Shown one piece after another: positions 16,006-23,094 of a DNA stretch of 64,000 nt. The notes beneath the pieces are model-generated. The model was not told where the DNA came from. It worked only from the letters and a program-made list of their open reading frames with translations, and searched no databases. Origin of the DNA: a virus; the IMG/VR virus record IMGVR_UViG_3300021420_000017, positions 82,651-146,650 of that record. One strand, written 5' to 3'. The position numbers and the translations under genes are program-made. Each line of letters begins with the position of its first letter. The stretch's first letter is position 1.

Positions 16006-18528
16006 GTGTTTCGTGTGTTCGGTTCAGCCCAAGTGCTGTCCGTGGCGCGGGGTCAGATCCCGATGTCCAAGAGTGCCCACCGAGTGTCGTTCGACTTCGT
16101 CCCCAAAGAGGGGATGGTCTATGTCCGATCTCGTGCAATTAGTTCAAGATGTAATGATAACTTCGATTACTTCGGCCCTGACGATATTGCGAAGTCTTAC
16201 CAGACTTTCATTGGTAAGCCGGTTTTCGTCAACCATGTGAACTCAGATCACCGGCGCGCGCGAGGCCTCATTATCGATGCCGCGCTGCACCGGGACATCA
16301 ACCCCGATGGTTCGCCCGACACCTGGGCCGAAGTGCTCATGGAGATCGACGCACTCACCTACCCCAAGCTGGGTAAGGCCCTCCTGTCTGGCGCGATCGA
16401 TCGCACCTCGATGGGGACAGACGTCCAGATCTCTAAGTGCTCGATCTGTCACAACGAGGCCACCAACCCGTTGGAATACTGCCTGCATATACCCTCCAAA
16501 AAGGGTAAAAGAATACTAACTCTCGATCCAGTTACAGGACGCAGAGAAGACAAATTGGTCTATGAGATCTGTATCGGGTTGAACTTCTTCGAGAACTCCC
16601 TGCTCGTTGAGCCCCCTGCGGATCCGACGGCTTTCCGACTTGGGCAGGTTGTGGTAGGCCCAGGGCTAGAGCACCTGGGCAGCTTCTCTCATACGGCATC
16701 GGTCGCAGACCCCACTCGTATTACCCCGGTTCAGGTCGAGTTGCTGAAGCAGGCGGCCGAGGAGCGTCCGGCGTACATCTGGGGCTCTTCGGCCAAGCCC
16801 ACCCGTCCGTTGCTCGTCACTGGTGGGCTCTATGGCCATTACTCGACCCCGCTTGTCTGGGATCTGCTCAAGCAGGCCCAGCTAGAAATCAAGGCTGCGA
16901 ATTGGCAAAATGAATTGGGGCTCGACATGCAGCGATCGGCTTATGGCGAGACCAAAGCCCCGACCGACGTCGATACCCTTCGCGATGAGAGCTGCCCGGT
17001 CTGCGGGAACGACACCGCCTACGCGGGCCGAGAGTGCCAAGTCTGTGGGTATGTGTCTCCCCCCAAGGTCTTCGGCGACCCTGACGTCGACAAGGCCAAG
17101 CAGCTCGACACCCTCAAGCAGGATATCGATGACGACCTCGACACAGTGGATCCCTCCCGCAATGGGGCACCGATCGGGGATGCGGTCGGCGACGAGGAAT
17201 CCGCGCTAGAAGGCGATGACCCGGCTAGCCCGGACCTGGAGTGCACCAACTGTGGAACCGGGATCCGCCCGGCAGTCCCACAGACCTCCGACTCAGACCC
17301 CGGCGACGACGCGGCGGCCACTGGTCCGACCGAGGGCGATCCGTGCCCGGTCTGCGGAAAGGGCGAGCTGGCGGCCAGCTCGACATCGCCAGATTCGCAA
17401 GCCAAAGACGATGAAGAAGATCCCGACGCGGATCCGGACGACGAGGACCAGCAGCCCGGCGAGGAAGACGCCGAAGACAGCACCGCGATAGGAGACGGGA
17501 AACTCCCTGCCTCGAAGAATGCTCGGGCTCCGAAGTACCGAGAGCACCACTCATCAATCCGCCACAGTGAAGGGGTCCCAGTAGCCATGGCGCCACGACC
17601 AGTACTCGCCGCGATGATCGAGCAGCAGAAGATCATCGACAACCAGCAGGCCTATATCGCCTCCCTCATGCAGCGCGATGCCGAACGAGAGAACGCCCTG
17701 GCTTCGCAGGCAACCAAGATTCAGCGCCTGACGGCGGGCCTGACCGTGCTGGCCAACCACCTGGGCCCGGAAGTTCTGGGACAGGTCAAGGTCGCCATGA
17801 TCCGCAAGCGCGCGGATGAGCAGAACCCGGCTCAGCCGGTGCCGGAACCGGCTCCTGTGCCTCCGAGTCAGACCACCCTCGATGCCAAGACGCCGGAGGC
17901 ATTCGCCGACGTCACCGCGCCGGGCATGGTGCCCGGGAGCAACCAGGATGTGGCGGCCGATGCGGTCTCCACCGCCTACACCCCGGGCACGGACATTCCC
18001 TCCCCCGGGGTCAAGCAGCTCGTGGATGTCACCGCCCCGGTGGATGGCACTCAGGGACCGCGCCCGATCAACGAGACGCGCACCGAGGTCAATGTGCGTA
18101 CCGGCAACCCGATGAACCCGCAGGTGGCCTACCCGGTCAACGGCCCGTTCGCCCAGACCCAGCGCACCAGTTCGATCGACTCCGACTCGAACCTGCGCCA
18201 GATGGCTTCCATCCGCCTCGCCCGACTCCGCATTGCGGCTGGAATCGCCCCCGAGGGAGAAGACGACCTGAGCCTGGGTGCCCGGATCGCGAGTAACAGC
18301 GATCTGAGCATGGAACTGATCAACGTCGAGACCGCCACCCTCAACAACGTCACTCAAGCCGCCAGTCGCAAGCAGGGGTCTGCGAATGCCCCTCGGGGAC
18401 TGGTTCCCCGTTCGGCCGGTCTGCAGCGCACGGTGCCCGCCATGGGTTCCGCGACCCCGCTTTCCGCGTCCGCCTCGACCACCAGCAATGACGACGAAGA
18501 CCTTGCTGCCGCACTGGCTTTCGGCTGA
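16006..18528 (+). CDS. Prohead (capsid maturation) protease fused to Zn-ribbon/acidic linker and scaffolding domain
   Basis: FIGKPVFVNH (His) ... TSMG (Ser) ... FFENSLLVEPPADPTA, typical of HK97/herpes-fold prohead serine proteases; directly upstream of decoration and MCP genes; C-terminal coiled coil. Confidence 0.8.
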   Translation: MFRVFGSAQVLSVARGQIPMSKSAHRVSFDFVPKEGMVYVRSRAISSRCNDNFDYFGPDDIAKSYQTFIGKPVFVNHVNSDHRRARGLIIDAALHRDINPDGSPDTWAEVLMEIDALTYPKLGKALLSGAIDRTSMGTDVQISKCSICHNEATNPLEYCLHIPSKKGKRILTLDPVTGRREDKLVYEICIGLNFFENSLLVEPPADPTAFRLGQVVVGPGLEHLGSFSHTASVADPTRITPVQVELLKQAAEERPAYIWGSSAKPTRPLLVTGGLYGHYSTPLVWDLLKQAQLEIKAANWQNELGLDMQRSAYGETKAPTDVDTLRDESCPVCGNDTAYAGRECQVCGYVSPPKVFGDPDVDKAKQLDTLKQDIDDDLDTVDPSRNGAPIGDAVGDEESALEGDDPASPDLECTNCGTGIRPAVPQTSDSDPGDDAAATGPTEGDPCPVCGKGELAASSTSPDSQAKDDEEDPDADPDDEDQQPGEEDAEDSTAIGDGKLPASKNARAPKYREHHSSIRHSEGVPVAMAPRPVLAAMIEQQKIIDNQQAYIASLMQRDAERENALASQATKIQRLTAGLTVLANHLGPEVLGQVKVAMIRKRADEQNPAQPVPEPAPVPPSQTTLDAKTPEAFADVTAPGMVPGSNQDVAADAVSTAYTPGTDIPSPGVKQLVDVTAPVDGTQGPRPINETRTEVNVRTGNPMNPQVAYPVNGPFAQTQRTSSIDSDSNLRQMASIRLARLRIAAGIAPEGEDDLSLGARIASNSDLSMELINVETATLNNVTQAASRKQGSANAPRGLVPRSAGLQRTVPAMGSATPLSASASTTSNDDEDLAAALAFG
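17507..17541 (+). promoter_or_regulatory. Intragenic late-promoter-like motif
   Basis: CTGCC-N19-CGAAGTACCGA inside the protease gene, upstream of GAAGGGG and in-frame ATG 17587. Confidence 0.45.
17587..18528 (+). CDS. Putative nested scaffolding protein (313 aa, in frame with protease)
   Basis: In-frame ATG with GAAGGGG 11 nt upstream; begins with a coiled coil (MIEQQKIIDNQQAYIASL..). Confidence 0.5.
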   Translation: MAPRPVLAAMIEQQKIIDNQQAYIASLMQRDAERENALASQATKIQRLTAGLTVLANHLGPEVLGQVKVAMIRKRADEQNPAQPVPEPAPVPPSQTTLDAKTPEAFADVTAPGMVPGSNQDVAADAVSTAYTPGTDIPSPGVKQLVDVTAPVDGTQGPRPINETRTEVNVRTGNPMNPQVAYPVNGPFAQTQRTSSIDSDSNLRQMASIRLARLRIAAGIAPEGEDDLSLGARIASNSDLSMELINVETATLNNVTQAASRKQGSANAPRGLVPRSAGLQRTVPAMGSATPLSASASTTSNDDEDLAAALAFG

Positions 18529-18542
18529 TTTACCCACCATCC

Positions 18543-18577
18543 CTGTCTAGCCGCCCGGTCAGACAGATAAGCAGTGA
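18543..18577 (+). promoter_or_regulatory. Putative late promoter for decoration/MCP genes (variant)
   Basis: CTGTC-N19-ATAAGCAGTGA in the intergenic region. Confidence 0.5.
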
Positions 18578-18653
18578 AGGACCCAGAACCAAGCTCAGCG
18601 GTGCAGTCCGATGAGCAACTCCAAGGTCTTTGCATAGAGAGGACTGTATCGCC

Positions 18654-19169
18654 GTGTTGCGAGTTCCCCTAGGGCTCAATTACATCAAGCGCACCCTGCG
18701 CCCACTCCTGGCGAACACCCAGGCGACTCCCACCAGCGTCTACCTGGATCCCGCCTGGGACCGCTCGGTCGACATCGTGCCCGGGATGGCCATGATGAAG
18801 ACCGCAGGACAGAACGTCACCCTGCTCAATGGCACCGGGATTCCCTACGGTCTGGCGACCTTCTACGAGGCGCCGGTCATGGGGATCACCGAGATCACCA
18901 ACCAGGGCGTCAATGCCTGTGCGGTTCAGGTGCTCGGGCCGGATGCGCAGTTCGAGGTACTGGCCCCGGCCTTTGACACTTCGTTGTCCTGGGTCGATCC
19001 GGGCGACGGCACGATCGTGCTCGTCTACGCCTACACCACCGGCGCGAACCGGGGCAAGCTCTGCCTGGTTGGCAGCACCGGCGCCAGCACCACCCCGATC
19101 GCGCGCCTCATCGCGGTCAGCTCGGCTTCCAAGATCGTCATCGGCGGCCTTCAGGGACGTGTCGGTTAA
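18654..19169 (+). CDS. Head decoration/capsid cement protein (171 aa)
   Basis: GTG 18654 with GAGAGG RBS; small beta-rich protein between scaffold and MCP. Confidence 0.65.
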   Translation: MLRVPLGLNYIKRTLRPLLANTQATPTSVYLDPAWDRSVDIVPGMAMMKTAGQNVTLLNGTGIPYGLATFYEAPVMGITEITNQGVNACAVQVLGPDAQFEVLAPAFDTSLSWVDPGDGTIVLVYAYTTGANRGKLCLVGSTGASTTPIARLIAVSSASKIVIGGLQGRVG

Positions 19170-19211
19170 TCCCGGCACCCACCCACGTCCACAGGAATAG
19201 GAGATAAACGG

Positions 19212-20186
19212 ATGACCACCACGATGGTCCCCCAGGGCATCAAGCCGCCGATGTCGTCTGACGACTATGTGAGCGCGATCTTGGCCCGCCACGAGGGCAA
19301 GAAGGCCTCCTCGTCCAGCAAGCTGACCGCCATCGCGCGAGTGCTCGCTGATGAGGTCAGCGGCTTCAAGCGCCTGGGCGTCGGCATGATCGGCCCGATC
19401 CAGCTCAAGCTGCGCTACCAGGGCATCACCCGCAACGTGCTGGTCGAGGACCCGGTGACCCCGGGCACCCCGGTCGAGTACGACGTGTGGGACGACCTGG
19501 GCCAGGCGTACGTGCTCTCGGGCCACGACGGCGAAGTCAATATCACGATCTTCGAAGGCAAGCGTGTGCGGGTCGACTTCTTCCGGATCGCGGCTCAGGC
19601 CCAGATCCGCAAGGAAGACCTGATGTACCTGCGCATCAACGCCGTCGAGCAGGCCCAGGACGAGACCAAGCAGTCGATCCTCAAGCAGGAGGACTCCCGG
19701 CTGATGGTCGTGCTCCAGGGCGCGCTGAACGACTACAGCACCCGCCCGGATCACACGATCACCCCCAACCACACCATCACCGAGACCTCGGGTTACTTCA
19801 CCCCGACCTCGCTGTACACGGCGGTGGCCCAGACCGACATGCACGAGCTGGTCGCCAGCCGCATGCTGGTCAACCCCTATGACTACCGGGACTTCTTCCG
19901 GTGGGACATCAACACGACTGGTTGGGCCTTCAAGGACCGGGTCGTCGCGGGTGAGACCATCACCAGCTTCGGTGAGTTCCAGTTCCAGCGCTCGATCATG
20001 GTTCCGCAGAAGACCATGTACCTGCTGCCCGAGCCGAACTTCCTCGGTGTCTTCCCCGTCCTCTACAGCCTGGACGTTGAAGAGAACCACGTGGTGGATC
20101 GCTTCATGCGGGGATGGGTGTTCGATGAGATGGTTGCACAAATTGTGCTAAATCCTCGTGGAATAGCAGCAGTCGTAAAGCCCTAA
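19212..20186 (+). CDS. Major capsid protein (HK97 fold, 324 aa)
   Basis: AGGAG RBS; very high GC3; position after protease/decoration; GPIQLKLRYQGITRNVLVED and LNPRG motifs recall Bxz1-type MCPs (recalled, not searched); followed by a terminator. Confidence 0.88.
   Translation: MTTTMVPQGIKPPMSSDDYVSAILARHEGKKASSSSKLTAIARVLADEVSGFKRLGVGMIGPIQLKLRYQGITRNVLVEDPVTPGTPVEYDVWDDLGQAYVLSGHDGEVNITIFEGKRVRVDFFRIAAQAQIRKEDLMYLRINAVEQAQDETKQSILKQEDSRLMVVLQGALNDYSTRPDHTITPNHTITETSGYFTPTSLYTAVAQTDMHELVASRMLVNPYDYRDFFRWDINTTGWAFKDRVVAGETITSFGEFQFQRSIMVPQKTMYLLPEPNFLGVFPVLYSLDVEENHVVDRFMRGWVFDEMVAQIVLNPRGIAAVVKP
20069..20134 (+). repeat. 66-bp inverted repeat, left copy (inside MCP coding sequence)
   Basis: CCTGGACGTTGAAGAG...TTCGATGAGATGGT is the exact reverse complement of 22458-22523. 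Confidence 0.97.
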
Positions 20187-20225
20187 ACTACCATCTCATG
20201 AAATCGTAGCACAGTAAGATACAGA

Positions 20226-20266
20226 CAACAAGAGCCCCACGCCATCGCGGCGTGGGGCTCTTGTTG
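20226..20266. terminator. Bidirectional intrinsic terminator
   Basis: 18-bp perfect stem CAACAAGAGCCCCACGCC / GGCGTGGGGCTCTTGTTG between convergent genes. Confidence 0.85.
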
Positions 20267-20283
20267 TTGCGTCGATCCATAGG

Positions 20284-20727
20284 CTATCTCGTCACGTATT
20301 CGCAGTCCTTCTCGGTGAAGTCGCTGCGCAGTCCGGCAAGATACTCGCCCAGGAAATATGTAGCGGAATCATGAGTCTTGTCTTGCTCGACTAGTTTTTC
20401 CAACTCTTCCAGGATCTGGGTGGCCGTACTGGAGGTCAGAACCAACAACCTGACCCCAGTTGAGGCGAACCACTCCCAAGACAACAAGTCGAATGTCGTT
20501 GGCTGCCGTTCTTCGTCTACGACATCGAGAGCCAATCCCGACTCTGGAATCCAGAGTGAGGGAGAATAGGATCCGCGCACGCTAAAAGTTCGATCAATCC
20601 AACTCACAGGCGCATTTCGGTAAGTATCCACCTCATGCTGCGCGAGTGTGCATGCTTGAATCCAATCGCGAGGGTCGGTCAGCGTACTGATTACGTGAGT
20701 CGGATAATACTGTTGGTCCTTGATCAT
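20284..20727 (-). CDS. Degenerate PD-(D/E)XK-fold protein (147 aa), probably an inactive paralogue of the adjacent nuclease
   Basis: YSPSLWIPESGLALDVV aligns with YDPDFWLPQYEVAVETK of the neighbour; ATGA overlap with the upstream stop. Confidence 0.55.
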   Translation of the reverse strand: MIKDQQYYPTHVISTLTDPRDWIQACTLAQHEVDTYRNAPVSWIDRTFSVRGSYSPSLWIPESGLALDVVDEERQPTTFDLLSWEWFASTGVRLLVLTSSTATQILEELEKLVEQDKTHDSATYFLGEYLAGLRSDFTEKDCEYVTR

Positions 20728-21416
20728 CGGTTACGCTCCTGAGCTATAAGTGATTGAATAGACTCGCTGAAGTTTTCTCCTGATAGTTTCCGTAAGTCTT
20801 CTTTGAATAAGACGACCAGTAAACGACCAGTTGCTCTATAGGCAGCCCATTGAGCGTGCATGTTGGCTCGTGGTACTCCCTTAGTCTCTACCGCTACCTC
20901 ATACTGAGGGAGCCAAAAGTCGGGATCGTAGTTAGACAGATCGTTGGATTTATCCCAGGGAATCAGGAAGCGCTCATCGAATCGCTCTATTCGAACTTTG
21001 GATATTTTGGCTAGTCCCCAAAATAGCGCCTCGTAGGAAGACTGAAGCACGATAACATGCTCAGTCTGATCATCGATGGTCTTGATGTTTTGGTGCACTT
21101 TCAGTCCACGTCGAGCACATGCCTGATTGTGGAACTGCCGATGAGAAGAGGCTCGGTGTTCGAACTCAATGCCACACCACCCACACTTTGAGGTGGTCCA
21201 TTTCGATTCGTCTCGCTGGCGCCTGACCGAGGCCGCTCTCCGGCATTCATGACTGTGGTAGAGACGATTGGCCGCAGAGACAGGTTTGTCGCAGGCGGGG
21301 TTGGCGCATTTGGGTCGAGGTTGATCTACCCGGCGCGCGCGATTGTTTCCTCCGTGATGATTCCTAGAGATCTGGGGGACGGGTAGTGGCTTAGCTGCCC
21401 AGTTGTCGTCACTCAT
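20724..21416 (-). CDS. Zn-finger plus PD-(D/E)XK endonuclease (230 aa)
   Basis: CANPAC..HSHEC and CGWC..HNQAC; SSYE..YDPDFWLP..VETKG matches the T7 endonuclease I/TnsA-like catalytic pattern. Confidence 0.8.
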   Translation of the reverse strand: MSDDNWAAKPLPVPQISRNHHGGNNRARRVDQPRPKCANPACDKPVSAANRLYHSHECRRAASVRRQRDESKWTTSKCGWCGIEFEHRASSHRQFHNQACARRGLKVHQNIKTIDDQTEHVIVLQSSYEALFWGLAKISKVRIERFDERFLIPWDKSNDLSNYDPDFWLPQYEVAVETKGVPRANMHAQWAAYRATGRLLVVLFKEDLRKLSGENFSESIQSLIAQERNR

Positions 21417-22345
21417 GCTCTGGGCTTCCTTCCAGGAGAGCGAACTTGGCGTCCTTCAGCCACGAGCCACCCACGCACCGTCTGATAGGACCTCCCTAGG
21501 GTGTCGCAGACATCGGAAAGGGTCATACCCATGTCGAAATAGCGAACTGCCTCAGCAGCTTGTTCGCGGTCGCGGAGATAAATCCCTCCCTCGGTAGTGA
21601 TTCCACGTTCTTCAATAATCTTGCGCACGGCATCTTGGGAGATATTAAGTTCTTTAGCAACTTCTACTATAGTATTACCTTTAAGGTACGACTCGGCGAT
21701 CTCGTCCGATCTATCTGGTTTAAGACGAGCAGGGCGCTCCTTGTTGATGGGGGTCAGCCCTAGCTCTCGTAGCCATATCTCTGCGGTTCCGTAGTGGATT
21801 CCCAGTTGGGTCGCGATATCGAAGGCAGCTATCCCCGCATGATGAAGAGCGATGACGTTGGGGAGAAGGGAGGGCTTTTTCCCGATTTTGCGTCCTCCGA
21901 CTTGGAACCGGAACCCCTCCTTGGCGAGCCACCGACTGACGGAGTCCGGGGTAAATCCGAATCGATCCGCGATGGACTCGCGAGATTCCCCTGCCCGAGC
22001 GGCCTTGAGCATTGTTGGAATGGCATCCTCACGACGGCGTTGATCCTCGGAGTAAGCCGTGAGGCCTTCTTGCCTGAGCCAACGACTCAGAGTCGTGTAG
22101 GGCACGTTGATCTCGTCTGCGATCTCGGGTGCAGTCCTCTTCTTCGCAATGAGAGTTTGGATCAGCGGGAGATGCTGGCGCTTAGCGCTGCGCTTGGCCG
22201 CAGTGAGAGACAGACCCGCCTCTTTGAGGAGTATTCTGACACGATATGCCGGAATCTCTGCGGAGACTGAGATCTCTTCGGCGTTCGCCCCTTGGTGGTG
22301 CGCTCTGACGATGTAGCTCAGGAGATCAGGGCTGATAGGATCCAC
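21413..22345 (-). CDS. Six-repeat helix-turn-helix DNA-binding protein (about 310 aa)
   Basis: Six HTH units of about 48 aa (e.g. EIADEINVPYTTLSRWLRQEG, SIADRFGFTPDSVSRWLAKEG) with basic linkers; GTG 22345 has AGGAAGG 7 nt upstream (ORF track starts at TTG 22381). Confidence 0.8.
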   Translation of the reverse strand: MDPISPDLLSYIVRAHHQGANAEEISVSAEIPAYRVRILLKEAGLSLTAAKRSAKRQHLPLIQTLIAKKRTAPEIADEINVPYTTLSRWLRQEGLTAYSEDQRRREDAIPTMLKAARAGESRESIADRFGFTPDSVSRWLAKEGFRFQVGGRKIGKKPSLLPNVIALHHAGIAAFDIATQLGIHYGTAEIWLRELGLTPINKERPARLKPDRSDEIAESYLKGNTIVEVAKELNISQDAVRKIIEERGITTEGGIYLRDREQAAEAVRYFDMGMTLSDVCDTLGRSYQTVRGWLVAEGRQVRSPGRKPRA

Positions 22346-22385
22346 AATGAAGCCTTCCTGTTGGTGCTGGTGTCTCGACAACCCC

Positions 22386-22415
22386 AGTCTTCAGGAAGGT
22401 TTCCCTATTTGTCAA
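22386..22415 (-). promoter_or_regulatory. Possible host sigma70-type promoter for the HTH/nuclease operon
   Basis: Perfect TTGACA (22415-22410); -10 only AAGACT at an 18-nt spacer. Confidence 0.35.
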
Positions 22416-22457
22416 ATCGAGTAGGAACTCATCCCACTGTTAATAGCGATTCGGAAG

Positions 22458-22523
22458 ACCATCTCATCGAACACCCATCCCCGCATGAAGCGATCCACCA
22501 CGTGGTTCTCTTCAACGTCCAGG
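22458..22523 (-). repeat. 66-bp inverted repeat, right copy (intergenic copy of MCP sequence)
   Basis: Exact reverse complement of 20069-20134; identity stops abruptly at both ends. Confidence 0.97.
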
Positions 22524-22549
22524 GAGCCCCAAAGGAGATGCTATGACCC

Positions 22550-22867
22550 ATGAAACCGACGTTGAGCCCCGACGGCGACTGGAAGGAGGGAGAGGAGTTC
22601 GACTACCCCGACGACAACACCTCGGCTGACTGCGGAGGCTGCGATCAGCACTGGCAAGTGCATGATCACATGAAGTGGATCGCTGACGGCTGCGCGACAC
22701 TGAAGGATGTCATCGCGCATGTGGAGGCCTTCGCGGCTCACCTATGGGCGCGCAAGGAGGCTGGCTACGAGCTTGCGGATCTGGTGGACAACGGTCACAT
22801 CATCTACAAGCAGTTCGAGGATGATCCCCGGGAAGAGCAGTTTCGGGTCGAGCGCAGCGCTAGCTGA
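22550..22867 (+). CDS. Hypothetical acidic protein (105 aa)
   Basis: AAGGAG upstream; high GC3; followed by a terminator. Confidence 0.65.
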   Translation: MKPTLSPDGDWKEGEEFDYPDDNTSADCGGCDQHWQVHDHMKWIADGCATLKDVIAHVEAFAAHLWARKEAGYELADLVDNGHIIYKQFEDDPREEQFRVERSAS

Positions 22868-22923
22868 GAAGGTCTGGCGCTGCTAGAGTCCGTCTCGGGC
22901 CTACCCAGGCTTCGACCCTTAGC

Positions 22924-22966
22924 CCAAGACCGGGACCTCTCCTTCGCGGAGGGGTCCCGGTCTTGG
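22924..22966 (+). terminator. Intrinsic terminator
   Basis: Stem CCAAGACCGGGACCTCTCC / GGAGGGGTCCCGGTCTTGG followed by TTTG. Confidence 0.75.
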
Positions 22967-23094
22967 TTTGTCTCCCCGACAGGATCCGTCCGAGACGATA
23001 GCGCTTCATCCATGGTCGGACGAGATCGTAGGCATAGCGTCTTGTGTGACACCTGGATGACTTTGACCCTTTAGGCGCCGGTAGGATGCGCGGT

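Noticed and set aside
2346-17642. Long minus-strand ORFs (2346-3455, 10019-11251, 12551-13795, 17019-17642) and similar ones at 17554-18540 and 44781-45731
   Set aside because: Fully overlap well-supported plus-strand genes; expected from stop-poor reverse frames in GC-rich DNA.
18669-20141. 490-aa minus-strand ORF opposite decoration/MCP
   Set aside because: Antisense shadow of extreme GC3 bias; no RBS or recognisable domain. It shares HLIEHPSPHEAIHHVVLFNVQ with ORF 22292-22546 only because of the 66-bp repeat.
20135-22457. Cassette as a classical IS element or Hin/Gin-type invertible segment
   Set aside because: No DDE, HUH, serine or tyrosine recombinase motif recognised. The HTH repeats lack a catalytic domain, so any inversion would need homologous recombination or a trans-acting enzyme.
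20069-22523. Repeat pair as a diversity-generating retroelement TR/VR
   Set aside because: The copies are identical with no adenine-specific mismatches, and no reverse transcriptase is seen in the window.
22292-22546. 84-aa plus-strand ORF across the right repeat
   Set aside because: Overlaps the HTH gene start and promoter on the other strand; no coding signal.
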